This document shows positions 51,538-63,400 of a stretch of 64,000 nt of DNA, piece by piece. The notes beneath the pieces are model-generated. The model ran no database searches, had not been told where the DNA came from, and worked only from the letters and a program-made list of their open reading frames with translations. Position numbers and translations under genes: made by a program. The stretch is taken from the IMG/VR virus record IMGVR_UViG_3300037067_004861; one strand, given 5' to 3'. Within the stretch, counting starts at the first letter, position 1. Each line of letters opens with the position of its first letter. Origin of the DNA: a virus. Lineage: Duplodnaviria; Heunggongvirae; Uroviricota; Caudoviricetes.

Positions 51538-52208
51538 GAGGCAAGTCTGCTATAGGTCGAGAAATAGCAGAGATAATAAAATCATATGCCTTCATAGATC
51601 AAACGATTTATGAACCCTTCTGTGGGGCTGCTAATGTTACGCAATATCTAGCCCCGTATAAAGTCGAGGCATCAGATATCCATAAGTCATTGATACTGTG
51701 CCTGCAAGCAGTGCAACAGGGGTGGCTACCGCCAACCTCTGTGTCAGAACAAGAATACAAAAGACTCCAAAATCTCGTTAAAGAAGGTGAGGAGTCCGCC
51801 CTTCTAGGATTCGTTGGATTCGCGTGCTCTTGGGGCGGTAAATGGTTTGACGGATATGCTCGCGGGCATAATAGGAACTATGCTGAGGGGTGTCAACACT
51901 CTCTTCTTAAACGTATAAAGAAATGTACAACCACGACTTTCACACATAAGAACTACCGTAATCTCAAGCCCAGTAACTCAGTAGTTTATTGCGACCCGCC
52001 ATATCGAGGCACCACTGGTTATGGTGGTGTATGGTGCCCAGTCACATTCTGGGAGACAATGAGGCAATGGTCGAGAACTAATAAGGTGCTTATTTCAGAG
52101 TATACGGCACCTGATGATTTTAAAATCATAGCCTCATTCTCACACGATTCCATGGATGGTTTAGCCTCTAAAACAGTTACCGAACATTTATTTAAGTATG
52201 GTGGATAA
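51525..52208 (+). CDS. dam: DNA adenine methyltransferase (Dam/D12 class)
   Basis: YLGGKS...IYEPFCGAANV (motif I) and VYCDPPY (DPPY motif IV). Confidence 0.7.
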   Translation: MQYLGGKSAIGREIAEIIKSYAFIDQTIYEPFCGAANVTQYLAPYKVEASDIHKSLILCLQAVQQGWLPPTSVSEQEYKRLQNLVKEGEESALLGFVGFACSWGGKWFDGYARGHNRNYAEGCQHSLLKRIKKCTTTTFTHKNYRNLKPSNSVVYCDPPYRGTTGYGGVWCPVTFWETMRQWSRTNKVLISEYTAPDDFKIIASFSHDSMDGLASKTVTEHLFKYGG

Positions 52209-52537
52209 TGAAGATACTATTAAAAGCAATATCCTGGGAGTTCGTATCTAATCTAATTTGTTTCTATTTAGCCTTTCTTATGTTTGGTAACTTCTATAGT
52301 TGTTTGATTTTCACTATCATCTGTATAGTTGTTAAGATACTGCTTTTCTGTCTCCACGAATTGTTGTGGAAAAAGGATATTTCAACACGCCAAGTATATG
52401 ATTACTTGACAGATTGTTTCTGGGAAGTAGCCTCAAGACCCCATAATACTTGTTTCTTGGAACTGCGTTTTAATGTACGTTTCCTAGAGTTCTTATCCGA
52501 AGTGTCCCGGTGTATGGGGAAAAAGATAAATGGCTAG
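52208..52537 (+). CDS. Small membrane protein (holin-like topology, unverified)
   Basis: ORF track; two or three hydrophobic segments. Confidence 0.35.
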   Translation: MKILLKAISWEFVSNLICFYLAFLMFGNFYSCLIFTIICIVVKILLFCLHELLWKKDISTRQVYDYLTDCFWEVASRPHNTCFLELRFNVRFLEFLSEVSRCMGKKING

Positions 52538-53138
52538 ATCATCCAAATATCTCTTCGGTAATTTATTGTGTGCTGTAGACGTGGAGACAACAGGTTTGGT
52601 GGCCGGTTATAATGATATCTGGCAGGTGTGCGTATTACCACTAACAAGCGATTGCACGCCAGCAAAAGACTGTATGCCCTTCTACATGAATATGAAGGTT
52701 AGGTATCCAGATCATATTGAACCTAAAGCCATTAAATTAAGCAAAACGAAGTTTGCTATAAGTCAACAATCCGCGATAGACCCATGGTCTTGCGCAGATT
52801 TATTTGACGAATGGTTTCAGAAATTAAACCTACCTTTTGGAAAGAAGATTGTACCATTAGCACAGAACTGGCCTTTCGACAGGGCCTTCATACAAGAATG
52901 GTTAGGTATTGAAACCTTCGATCAGTTCTTCTCTCCGCACTACCGTGATACAATGGCTGCCGCTATTTTCCTAACGGATATAGCGGATTTAAAGCAAGAA
53001 CCACAGTTCTTTATGAGATTCAATCTAGGTACGTTATGTGCTAGATTGGGTGTCACTAATTTATGTGCCCATGACGCCCTACAGGATTGCCTTGCTACAG
53101 CGGAAGTCTATAATAGACTTTTACGTTGGGCGGCATAA
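52530..53138 (+). CDS. DEDDh 3'-5' exonuclease (second copy)
   Basis: Exo I AVDVETTGL; Exo III CAHDALQDCL. Confidence 0.55.
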   Translation: MARSSKYLFGNLLCAVDVETTGLVAGYNDIWQVCVLPLTSDCTPAKDCMPFYMNMKVRYPDHIEPKAIKLSKTKFAISQQSAIDPWSCADLFDEWFQKLNLPFGKKIVPLAQNWPFDRAFIQEWLGIETFDQFFSPHYRDTMAAAIFLTDIADLKQEPQFFMRFNLGTLCARLGVTNLCAHDALQDCLATAEVYNRLLRWAA

Positions 53139-53154
53139 CATAATCTAAAACACA

Positions 53155-53197
53155 AAAACCGTACATCAGAAATTCTGATGTACGGTCTTTTTATTTA
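53155..53197. terminator. Bidirectional rho-independent terminator (accgtacatcagaa-a-ttctgatgtacggt hairpin with T-runs on both strands)
   Basis: Direct reading; separates the converging plus-strand operon and the minus-strand tail module. Confidence 0.7.
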
Positions 53198-53204
53198 AAA
53201 ACTT

Positions 53205-53381
53205 TTAATTAAAAGAGCGCAGTGTCTTAGCCAAAGCAATTTGTCGCTTGGTTGCGGTACTTACTCCTTTGGGTGGATTAGCCACATAAGCCGATACTGA
53301 CATACCAGCAGCCTTGGCCTTACGTGTTAATGCTCCGGGATGTTTGATAGCACCCTTAATCCAGTTCTTTTTCTTTGCCAT
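53205..53381 (-). CDS. Small basic protein (58 aa) MAKKKNWIKGAIKHPGALTRKAKAAGMS...
   Basis: Manual translation; below the ORF-track cutoff. Confidence 0.3.
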   Translation of the reverse strand: MAKKKNWIKGAIKHPGALTRKAKAAGMSVSAYVANPPKGVSTATKRQIALAKTLRSFN

Positions 53382-53418
53382 TTATTTTACCCTCTTATTT
53401 TACCTTTACTATTTTAAT

Positions 53419-54036
53419 TTACCATAGTTTCTTAGGACAGTTCTCTGTAGCCATAGCTATTTTGTTAAGTAAGGGGTACCCACTTGTTGTTACTGGACAT
53501 CCACAACCTTTACAAATGTCCTTCATTGGGTCACGCCAATCGCATTTCGCACAAAACGTCGTGCGTATATTATCAATGGCTTCTTGCGTCCGTGAGGGTC
53601 GTCCAGCGGCTATCCATTTCCTTACTGCAGTCTGATAGTTATTTATCCTAGTCAATAAGTTTGGCGCCTCCCCAGGAACTAACTCCTTACTCTCTCCATC
53701 CTTAACAGAGAGTAGATTATTATGTTGTGGACACCGATTACATTCTTTGATAGTAATATCTTTACGACTGCAGGTGCAGTGCGCCCTGAAACGTGTTAGT
53801 TCTTGTCGGCAAGCACAAGACCCAACTAAGTTCCCCCAGAATTCAGGTAGATTTTCATTATTAGCGGATATTATACTTTTAGTGGTAGTCTTTTTCGGGG
53901 ATTCTATTAAAGGAGCATCACTTATCTCACCGCTAACGGTGTCCCGGTAATAGACCGTTCGTTTACCAGCTTTTATTCGGACTATTCTTTGTCTGGCCAT
54001 ATTATATCTCCACTTCTTTTGAATTGAAGATTTCAC
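53419..54036 (-). CDS. Cys-rich protein (205 aa) at the distal end of the tail module
   Basis: ORF track; start may be the MARQ Met. Confidence 0.45.
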   Translation of the reverse strand: MKSSIQKKWRYNMARQRIVRIKAGKRTVYYRDTVSGEISDAPLIESPKKTTTKSIISANNENLPEFWGNLVGSCACRQELTRFRAHCTCSRKDITIKECNRCPQHNNLLSVKDGESKELVPGEAPNLLTRINNYQTAVRKWIAAGRPSRTQEAIDNIRTTFCAKCDWRDPMKDICKGCGCPVTTSGYPLLNKIAMATENCPKKLW

Positions 54037-57000
54037 CGTGGTTTGGTTCGGCTGAACTACCCGGACAAGTTACACAACCCTCTCCCTTTCCAGTGGGATC
54101 GGATATTGACTTCATCGAAGGCATACCATATACAGTAGGATAACCTACTTCAAATGCGGTACAACTCTCTTGTGTCAACTGCCATTCTCCTACGATCCTA
54201 TTATATGCCGCACAAGCCGAAGCAGCCGATCCATAAGTATAGTATCTATGGAATAATTGGCCCGTACAAGGTGCCTTACCCTTTCCTAGTTTACTACAAC
54301 CAAGACCACTACATGGGTGTATAAGAGTGGGTACAACTACTAAAACCGTTATTTCATAAATACAGCCAATACCCTCTTCTGGTTCTCCTGGATTATGATT
54401 ATTATCCGGTAGGTGTGTACTACTTGAAATATCCCCCTCTTTAGGATCGGGCAGTCTATATTGTGTGCGAGCCCCTTCATTGACTCTCCGCTGCAGTCGT
54501 TCAAACTCCTCGATCTCCGGGTCTTCGGGCTCGAAATCAATAATATCAGATATGTCACAGGTTATTACTGGTGTGGTATCACCGATATCAGATGGATAGT
54601 TGTCTCCAGAACTATAAATAATGGAGTTATCAATCACATACCCACTACGTAAAACGTGACCCTCTGGTGGTGTGATTATAAAATCATAACCAGCACCAGA
54701 GTATGGTTCATCTTCCTCAGTTGGGAATTTCGCTAGTTGGTTCTGCGCAGCCGGCCATGCCCAAATATATGGTGTCGTTGTTCCAGCCAGTAACGGTGTC
54801 CAACCAGTGAAATCTATCTTGTTATTTGACTCATCAAAAGTCATGGATGTTATGACACATTTACCAGTGAACACCGCTAGGTTTAATTGAACACAATCCA
54901 ATAAATCTAAATCCAGGTGTTTCATCGGGGTCGAGAACTCAACCGACTTCCATGAATTTGATTCTCTAATTAACCAGAAGGTTGCTGACTTTAGTATTGT
55001 ATCATAAGTATTCTGTGTATAGTAGTCATAACTTACTTCGTGCGTACCATACTTTTGTATATTATGTTTTAGAACTATCTTAGCATCCGTGGGTATATCC
55101 CTATCGACACCAGCCTCTTGTCTCTTCCAATTTATAATATGTTTAGTATTAAGGTCTTCACTCTCAGTATGTGTGATAAGGAAAGACTCGGCTATGATAT
55201 CCGTTTCCGTTAATGTCTTGACCACTGTTGGTTCTGCCGATAAGTACCGAATATACATTGTATTGTCACGGATATACACGGCACAACGACTCTGATGGGC
55301 GATATCCTTGATTAGGTCAAAGACATTCTTTCTTTCTTTAAGATAGAAGTTAGATGGATAGTTCGTTAAAGCAGTCTTCACGGAAGCAAAGGAAGTAGTA
55401 TCGGCGACTATGTTTGTGTACTTCGTAAGAATCCATTCAATAATGTCTACCGGATTCGGGCCCACCGAGGACGTGAAGGAAACATATAATTCATCCTCCC
55501 AGTCAGAATCAATCTGACTCAATTTCCTGGATAGACCTATTTCAACAACGTCATAGCCGATATAGTCAGTTTCATAGATTGTATAGTAATCTACTGGTAC
55601 TTCCAACAATAAACTACGACCGGTCTTGAATTTCTTGTAGGCAGCAACACTATTAACTGTCCCCGGCAATAGACTCACAATATACATGATCTCGGATTCA
55701 TTCTCTAGATATACTTCTGTGCCAGCAGGAATCCAGTGGAATTCTGCAGCCTTCATTTCATCATATAGTTTCTTTGATTCGGCGACACCCTCAACTAGAC
55801 GCCGCGTTGTACCGCCCTCGTCTAGGCAATCCGCTAATACGGTTTCCGGACCAGTCCACTTATAAGCCACTCCCTGTAGAAGAGGCAAGTGGTATCCCGC
55901 CGCGAGTATAGCATCTATTTGAACATCTGGATAGGCGTCAGCCGCATCATAGTTATAAGTTAATCTGCTCCATCCACCCTGATAGGGAAGCATACTACGT
56001 GTTACTGTGGTAGTTAGTTGATATAGTGGAATATCAACGCAACTCTGATGAATCCACTCCTCGTATTCCGGATGTTGTCTATCAATAATCGTGAAGACAT
56101 TACCACTGAATGTGCCTTTGAATTTCGCGCCATTAATATTGAGAGTAGTAATCTCGTTTTGAGGAAAATTCTCACCATTGACAATAGTAAGTGTTGTATG
56201 TTCATATAATTTCTGTTGTTCTTCTTGATAAAGAAGATTACAAATCTCATACATGCGGTTATCAACGCAATCCGTATCAATACCCGTACTTACTACCTCG
56301 GCCGTCTGTTGCCAATCCGCGGGTTCATATTTACCAGGTTGTGTTGAAGATTCCTGCCACTGGTCTTCCTCACCAAAAGGAATATCCCAACCATTTATTG
56401 GATTGCCATATGGCGTATCAATAGTTTGTGTTCCAGTAACAACTTCTGGACACATTATTTTTTGAGCTTGACAAATCCTATGAGGAAGAGTGAAATCACT
56501 GATTCCCTCCCCATAGAGAAGTGTACCACGTCTTGGTGAGGTCAGTTGTACTGCTTGCATATTGCAAACAGTGCCAAAAACTAATGGCCATACCTTACCA
56601 AGAGCCTCTTCCGGAATAGAAGGGAAATCCCCCTCCTCCATTGAGAATCCTACTTCAATATCATCGAACTGTGTAAGAACGGTGAAGGAGAGAGTGCGGG
56701 TACCTTCGGTCCATGTTATTGGACTGTGTATTTCTCCCTGATGCAGTAGGATTTTATAATCAAGTGGATGGCCATCAAATAGTAAGTAAATCCATACTTT
56801 TTTATGGTTAATATCAACTGAATCAATAATAGATTTTAATATACCAGCATGGTCATCTAAAGTTATTGTTAGATTCTGTGCCTCCGTTACTTCATCTACC
56901 GTTGTGGTGCAGGTAAGACCGGAGGCATCTATCAGTAGTGGGTAGGGATAATCCGCACCATCTATTTTCTTATCGGAATAAAGGATTTTAGAATCATTCC

Positions 57001-57085
57001 ACTCTACCTCTATGAGAATAGAGTATTCCTGCGCATAATTATTGTTGAGTCTACTCAATACTTGAGGAGATAGTTCTCGCATCAC
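54002..57085 (-). CDS. Large tail/baseplate structural protein (1027 aa; tail tip or hub candidate) with a Cys/Gly-rich C-terminus
   Basis: Size and position downstream of the tape-measure gene; no motif-level assignment. Confidence 0.5.
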   Translation of the reverse strand: MMRELSPQVLSRLNNNYAQEYSILIEVEWNDSKILYSDKKIDGADYPYPLLIDASGLTCTTTVDEVTEAQNLTITLDDHAGILKSIIDSVDINHKKVWIYLLFDGHPLDYKILLHQGEIHSPITWTEGTRTLSFTVLTQFDDIEVGFSMEEGDFPSIPEEALGKVWPLVFGTVCNMQAVQLTSPRRGTLLYGEGISDFTLPHRICQAQKIMCPEVVTGTQTIDTPYGNPINGWDIPFGEEDQWQESSTQPGKYEPADWQQTAEVVSTGIDTDCVDNRMYEICNLLYQEEQQKLYEHTTLTIVNGENFPQNEITTLNINGAKFKGTFSGNVFTIIDRQHPEYEEWIHQSCVDIPLYQLTTTVTRSMLPYQGGWSRLTYNYDAADAYPDVQIDAILAAGYHLPLLQGVAYKWTGPETVLADCLDEGGTTRRLVEGVAESKKLYDEMKAAEFHWIPAGTEVYLENESEIMYIVSLLPGTVNSVAAYKKFKTGRSLLLEVPVDYYTIYETDYIGYDVVEIGLSRKLSQIDSDWEDELYVSFTSSVGPNPVDIIEWILTKYTNIVADTTSFASVKTALTNYPSNFYLKERKNVFDLIKDIAHQSRCAVYIRDNTMYIRYLSAEPTVVKTLTETDIIAESFLITHTESEDLNTKHIINWKRQEAGVDRDIPTDAKIVLKHNIQKYGTHEVSYDYYTQNTYDTILKSATFWLIRESNSWKSVEFSTPMKHLDLDLLDCVQLNLAVFTGKCVITSMTFDESNNKIDFTGWTPLLAGTTTPYIWAWPAAQNQLAKFPTEEDEPYSGAGYDFIITPPEGHVLRSGYVIDNSIIYSSGDNYPSDIGDTTPVITCDISDIIDFEPEDPEIEEFERLQRRVNEGARTQYRLPDPKEGDISSSTHLPDNNHNPGEPEEGIGCIYEITVLVVVPTLIHPCSGLGCSKLGKGKAPCTGQLFHRYYTYGSAASACAAYNRIVGEWQLTQESCTAFEVGYPTVYGMPSMKSISDPTGKGEGCVTCPGSSAEPNHGEIFNSKEVEI

Positions 57086-57465
57086 TTTTCCTCAAAGGTT
57101 AAAGTAATATGGGTATATTCATCATTCTGTGGGCCAGATAGTTTTGCGAAGTCTGTAAAACTAAATGGATTAGAAGTAAAATATCCCGACCACGTTTTAC
57201 CTAGATGGTCCACTATTTTAACAGGAGAGGAATAGAAGACTTTAAAGAACGCCTTTAGTTCCAAGGCTTTCTCCAAGGATATCTTGAATCCCCACTGCAT
57301 ACGCTTACGTTTACCGCGACTCTTTTTTGTTGTATAAAGAGTACCATCCATACTCTTTAGAATCCCTACCTCACCAATTGTGTTAGTCTGGTCCCCTAAC
57401 TCGGGACTAGGTAGTACCGTAGTAATATATGGACCAGATAGGGGTGCCAATATTCTAAACATCAA
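57082..57465 (-). CDS. Tail-module protein (127 aa)
   Basis: ORF track; 4-nt overlap coupling. Confidence 0.45.
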   Translation of the reverse strand: MMFRILAPLSGPYITTVLPSPELGDQTNTIGEVGILKSMDGTLYTTKKSRGKRKRMQWGFKISLEKALELKAFFKVFYSSPVKIVDHLGKTWSGYFTSNPFSFTDFAKLSGPQNDEYTHITLTFEEK

Positions 57466-58906
57466 TCAGTTCCCCTACAGCAGTATTAGTAAGAGTCAAT
57501 GTTGTAGTGGCAATAGGATTATAAATTCCTATCACCGAAGTCGTGATTTCAAAATCAATAGTTTCTGTTAATGTTCGTACATAGTCTACCAGAGTCGAAG
57601 CACTATTAACCATATCCACATGATTGGCTTCGGGGTAGTAGTCAACTAGTTCACCCACGAAAGTAAATGAGAATGACCAGTTATGTTCATAGTTCTGGAT
57701 AGCAGAGTTCTCTCCACTAGAGATAACGCCATACCAAACACGGCCCTCCCAATCCGTTAATGATATCTCCTGACCCAGATAGTCATTGATAAAATCAATA
57801 ACGTCATCCACTTCGGTTTTTAGAAGACCAAAGAAATTAAGGGTCAGTGTATTTATTTTAGGCCAAATCGGATCGGCATAAATAATGAGTTCACCACCAC
57901 GAGTCTCTTGGTTAATTCTATTGAAGGCTAAGGCATCCTGATTATCCAGTTCCGGACCCCTCAACACTACCTCCGTTACGACTTCACCAACAGATGGGTA
58001 ACGTAGTGTAATACCATTACCACTCTCTTCTTGTTGTAGTGGCTCCGTTAAGGGAAGATCATCTAGAATAGATAATTCCGTAACCCCAAGGAATGGGTGG
58101 TATAAGTGTTGATAACAAGGATCATCAAGATAGTACGTAATAGCCTGACCAATACTTAAATCCTGGACCACCGTTTTATGGTAGGTTGTCTCCGTGTCAA
58201 GAGTGATATTAAAATCAATCTCCTGAACTGGTATCCCTCTTGTTTTGCCAACTAGAATTGATTGTGTGAAAACTAAAGTGCTGGTTGCAAGGGTGAGACG
58301 TTCGGCATCCGCTGTTAATACAAAACTCTGCAAAACACTGGAGAAATAAGCACGACCTGTTGTAGCCTCTAAATCTAGTGTCGTTACAACAGCAACAGGG
58401 AAATTCGTATTACGGCTGCTAACTGTGAAGTAAATTCTGTTAGAGGCATTGATATAGTAAGGTTGCTGTACCGCCACCGTTTGTGTCAGAACTAGATTTG
58501 TAGTGGCTGTCTTCCACCCTTCTATCTCTAATCCGATACTAAAATCAAGATCAGTGTTTACTACTTCTCTTTCATTAGGAAACCAAAAATAAGATGAATC
58601 AGTATCCACGTCCAAAGTAGTAATAGCTGATATACGTTGTCCAGAAAAACCATCGAAATCAAAACCAAGACTATTATTTACATAGACGTTGATTATCTTT
58701 ATTGCTGTTACAGTGGCCGTTACCACTAGGTCATTAGTTACGAAAGGTGGAGAAATAGCTTCTGTTAGAATTTCAACATATTGATTAGTAACTCTAAGAT
58801 TACCATCCTTATTTACTAATATATCAGCATATTGGGCAGTGGTCCTTAGTGAACCACTGCCCACAGCTAATACATCAACACATTGATTAGTGGCTCGGAG
58901 AACCAT
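57455..58906 (-). CDS. Tail structural protein (483 aa) with N-terminal repeats NQCVDVLAVG / NQYVEILTEA
   Basis: ORF track; sits in the tail module. Confidence 0.5.
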   Translation of the reverse strand: MVLRATNQCVDVLAVGSGSLRTTAQYADILVNKDGNLRVTNQYVEILTEAISPPFVTNDLVVTATVTAIKIINVYVNNSLGFDFDGFSGQRISAITTLDVDTDSSYFWFPNEREVVNTDLDFSIGLEIEGWKTATTNLVLTQTVAVQQPYYINASNRIYFTVSSRNTNFPVAVVTTLDLEATTGRAYFSSVLQSFVLTADAERLTLATSTLVFTQSILVGKTRGIPVQEIDFNITLDTETTYHKTVVQDLSIGQAITYYLDDPCYQHLYHPFLGVTELSILDDLPLTEPLQQEESGNGITLRYPSVGEVVTEVVLRGPELDNQDALAFNRINQETRGGELIIYADPIWPKINTLTLNFFGLLKTEVDDVIDFINDYLGQEISLTDWEGRVWYGVISSGENSAIQNYEHNWSFSFTFVGELVDYYPEANHVDMVNSASTLVDYVRTLTETIDFEITTSVIGIYNPIATTTLTLTNTAVGELIDV

Positions 58907-58908
58907 AA

Positions 58909-59925
58909 TTATCCAACCTTAATTCCAAACTCTGCGGCATTAAGACCAGTGATAGTCCAAGCCACAGTAGTAGCGGGATCAACCTCTGCTATTCGTTTCT
59001 TGTTTACATAATTCACCGAACCAATGACCTGAGCGGTATCATCATAGTTTGTAGAATTACTTCTAATAGTAGTCTTCAAACTATAGTTAGTGGCATCCGT
59101 TTCCTTACAACACGTATTAACTTGAATGCCGAAAATATCACCTACATCCGCAACATCATCATATGTGTACAAATCTAATTTATCCGTAGTATCACTTTCG
59201 ATATATGATGTATCATCATCAATAATATCTTCATTTGCGGCTGCATAATTACTACCACTTTTTGGCGTCCATTGTGTGGAGTTTCCTGCACCATCCGGAC
59301 GTATAGCAAGGACACGGCAGTTACCAAGGAAGTCATTATTTATGCTTCCTGCACCATCACAAATATATAAGTCATCAATACTCAGCGGGTATGTTGATTT
59401 AAAATAGATGTTATCATGGTAGGCAGATGCTGCCGGTTGGGTGTCAATCCCTGTGCCACTTAGGACAGTAGTACCACCAATCTTTAATTCATAACTACCG
59501 GTACTATTATCAGTAACAACTTTGAACTCAAGCCAATACCATGTATTGGGGGTTAATCCTAATGTTGCAGTGGAGGCTATAGTTGTGACACCCAATCGCA
59601 CGGATAGTTCACCAGTATCCAACCAACGAACACCCATACCATCTGTGGTACCAGTACGTAAAAGTAGAATATTATTGGCGCCACCACTACTAATTTTAAA
59701 AGCCAAACCAATAATAATAGTGGCATTCGTTGTTAATATAGGAGTGGATAATTCAATGGTAGAGGAAGCCAGTTCTATACAGTAACCAGCCAAACGTCCT
59801 GCCTCAATATCAATACCACTCTCTGTTACTGCATTATATCGACGACCCATCACTCCAGTTGGTGATGGGGCGCTTCCAGTTGACGTACCATATCCCTCAA
59901 AACCGTCAATCCATAATAGAGACAT
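58909..59925 (-). CDS. Tail structural protein (338 aa)
   Basis: ORF track. Confidence 0.5.
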   Translation of the reverse strand: MSLLWIDGFEGYGTSTGSAPSPTGVMGRRYNAVTESGIDIEAGRLAGYCIELASSTIELSTPILTTNATIIIGLAFKISSGGANNILLLRTGTTDGMGVRWLDTGELSVRLGVTTIASTATLGLTPNTWYWLEFKVVTDNSTGSYELKIGGTTVLSGTGIDTQPAASAYHDNIYFKSTYPLSIDDLYICDGAGSINNDFLGNCRVLAIRPDGAGNSTQWTPKSGSNYAAANEDIIDDDTSYIESDTTDKLDLYTYDDVADVGDIFGIQVNTCCKETDATNYSLKTTIRSNSTNYDDTAQVIGSVNYVNKKRIAEVDPATTVAWTITGLNAAEFGIKVG

Positions 59926-60423
59926 TTACGCACCTATTGTATAGGTTAGCTTAATTGTGTCGCCACTACCAGCATTGATAACCGAGGTCAGTAGGGCTGT
60001 TGCCCACAGTATTCCAGTCGTGCCACTCTTCGTGGCATTGGATGTTAGGAACACACCCCTAATAACGCAGGTGGCATTGATACTAAAATCAACGGTAGTA
60101 CCATTGGTCATCGCGCGTGTTGCAGCCGCGTCCGGAGTCCATGCGGGCCTGGCAGCCTCTGTATAGGTTACTAGTTCAAGCCAACCAGCATGACTAGCCA
60201 TTACATCGGCATCCGCTAGTCCTGTATAACTAGCATTATTGATTAGTCCTAGATACCATGTTGCTACTGGGGCACCACTTCGGAATTCAGTCTCTAAGAC
60301 GTGTTCGGCACCTTCATCTACAACACCATTTGGAAATGTCTGTGTGTTCTTTAAAACACCTTTCTCATCAAAATGTTGTAAAGTAAAAAGGCCCCTTGGT
60401 TTTAGTTTATTGGAAATACCCAT
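59926..60423 (-). CDS. Tail structural protein (165 aa), directly downstream of the tape-measure gene
   Basis: ORF track. Confidence 0.5.
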   Translation of the reverse strand: MGISNKLKPRGLFTLQHFDEKGVLKNTQTFPNGVVDEGAEHVLETEFRSGAPVATWYLGLINNASYTGLADADVMASHAGWLELVTYTEAARPAWTPDAAATRAMTNGTTVDFSINATCVIRGVFLTSNATKSGTTGILWATALLTSVINAGSGDTIKLTYTIGA

Positions 60424-60433
60424 TGTGACTCCT

Positions 60434-63400
60434 CTAACTTAGTTTTAACGTGTTACGTCGAATCTCTCTACGGATAACGGTAGCAACATTAAGAGCATCT
60501 TGTCTATTATTATTTGTTCCACTCATATTGACATTAATATCACCGACGTTTACTACCGGTCCACCGTTAGACTTGAATGAAGGACGCATCCCAGCATTCA
60601 TAGCAACTAGTTGAGTATAGAATTGTCTGGATGCCTTTGGATTAGCAATAAACTCTCCAGGACTCAACATAGCAGGTATTTTATCAGTACCTCTTGTGAA
60701 ACCACCGGAGGCCCGATATAATAATCCACCTAATTGTTTTCCCGTAGAAGTTTGAGCACTCGCCTGAGCTATAGCTTGTGCCGTAGCAACCGCCTGCGCA
60801 GAAACAGCTTGAAGAGCACCTATCATACTCTGCGCAGCAGCATTTACCGCACCGGCTCCAGCCGATGCACCACTTGCGATATTATTGTTTAAAGCAGACC
60901 CTACATTCTGACTAGATGTAATGTTTTTGGTTTCCCAAGACTTAATGGCTCCCTCGAATTGTTTGAGTCTCGACATTGCTGTCGATCCCACATCCATTTT
61001 CTCAGTTTCTTTGCCAATACGTCCTTGGGCCTCCGAGGCTTCCGTAGCTAAACCAATAAGTTCCCTAAGAACACTAGATTCATCGCCCTCCAGTAATCCA
61101 GAAAGATACCCAGAGAAGAGTCCCTTTTTCCCTCTAGCCTCACCAAAAGAATCAGCAATGGCACTTAAATCTTTGAGTTGTTGAGCAAATTCTACTGTAT
61201 CCGTTTGACCACTGCGCATGGACTCAAATAATTTAGCCACCCTATTATCTAGGTCTGTTATCAATGCACTACTATCAAAATCAATTGGTGTAACAAACTT
61301 AGTTTTCTCTAATTCAGCTCTAAGTCTATCACGTATGGTACCCTCACGCTCCAGGGTAGCATTTATCCGCTCTTGCTCTTCGCCTACGGTTTTTTGAGCG
61401 GTTGAGTAATCCCCTAGTTGTTGACCCAGAGTAGCCAATCTATTCTGTTGTTCAAATGGCGTCCCTGCCCCAACTAAGGAGTCAATAATGGGCTGCATTG
61501 ATTTAGAAGCACTAGCAGCGAAGGTTTGGAATCGTGCTTCAATTCGATCAATAGAGGCTATTGTGGCTTTCTCAAAAGTAGTTACCTGACCCGTAATAGG
61601 ATCGAAGAAGTTTATTCCAGAGACGCCACGAAACTCTTCCGTTAGTCCAAGAGCCTTTGCTAAACCACCCTTACCTTTTATGTTAGTTAGTTCTTCATCA
61701 ATAAGTTTAGCAATCTGTTTTAATTCTGCCTCAGCCTTAGCACGTTGCTCAGGATCAAGATTTATTAAACCACCAGCAGCGTCCTTGTCCATCTGCTCCA
61801 TTTTCTTACGCTGAGCAGTATACGTATCAATTAACGAATTAAGATAGGTCTTACTTTGTTGGATACTAGCTGATTCCTGTTTCGCTAGTTTACCCCTATT
61901 AATAATCTGTTGGCCAAGAGCTTTCTGAATATCAGCCTGTTGACGTAGAGAATTGCGGACGTTATCCTCAGCCTTTCTAACGAGATCAACATTCTTTATT
62001 TGATCTGCACTGCTTAGAGCGGTCTTCGCTTGCTCTTTAGCCTGTGTGGAATAATCCTTAGCCAGTTCCGTGTTTCCTTGACGGAAGGCCGCAATAGATT
62101 GTTGTTGTAGTCGCTGACTCTCAGCGATCCGTTTCTTTATTTGTTCGGCTTCTGATAGACTTCTAAGGGATCGTTCAAAATTGAAGTCTTTGAATTCAAA
62201 GAATAGGTCTTTCAATGCCTCGTTAATAGGCTTTAAAGCGCCATGTAAATCCTTAGTTTTGCTTATAAGATCATCGAAAGCACTAGTAACAGCATACTTA
62301 TTGAATGTGAAATTAATAGGAATGACGGTACTATCAGCGTCTTTAGCACGCATGATAATACTATCAAAGAAAGCGTTCGCCGCCGTACCACTCTCTTTAA
62401 GTTGATCTTTTAGACTATTGAATTGAATCTCTTCCAACTGTCCAGTAGTAGAGATCATCTCATTATAGAGTTTAGCACGATCTTGTAGATACTGTTGTAG
62501 TACGCTTAGTTGTTTTGAAGCACCCTCTTGAGCTGCCTCAATCTCCGCACGTACTGCAACGAGGTTTGCTTTATGTCGCGCCTCCGTTGATTTTATAATC
62601 TCATCATCCGCGGCTTTGGCAGCAGCAGATGCACGATTGTAGACGGCTTGCAAAGCCGCCACTGCTGCAAAGGCTATAGCCGCCCATGTTAGTGGGGACT
62701 TCATCAAAGACTTGAGAGCGTTCGTGGCATTAAGAAAAATACCACGTAAACCAGTCACTTGGAAAGTTAATATCCCTAGTGCCTGAGCAGTTTTATTTGC
62801 TGCTATTTGTGCTGTTGCAAAACCAGTAACCCAACTCTGGAATGTACCCTTAATTACTTTCGACGCAACATACCAAGTAGCCGTGGCAACAACTAACGCT
62901 TTGGTCATGGCCCCAATTGCCGCAGGAGCCCCACCAAAGAACTTAAAGAAGGTTAGACTATAGGCAGTAATATCCCGACCTATTTTGGTAAACGCAACGC
63001 TGACCTTATTTAATTCTATCTCTACTTGTTTGGCGTTCGTATTGAAAACAAGGGCTTTTGATTTCTCAAGAGTGCTAGCACTAGCTTCTTTAATTTGTTG
63101 TAGATAGGAGATATAGCGTTCGGCCGATTGTCCTGTTAAACCTAAAGCACCACGGATAGCACGGACACGACTATATAGTTCACCTAGTTCCGTAGCTGTA
63201 GCATTACTGCCCTCAGTAATCTTCGTTAAGAACCCCTGGAAACCATAAGCTTGTATACCAGCCTCAGAAGATGCGATACCTAATTCATCGAAACGTTGAC
63301 GTAAGGCTTCGGTAGGTTTAATTAATTTTAATTCAATGTTAGTGATTAGGGTATACGCTTCATTGTATTTAATACCACTGATAGTTAGTGTAGCTAGAGA

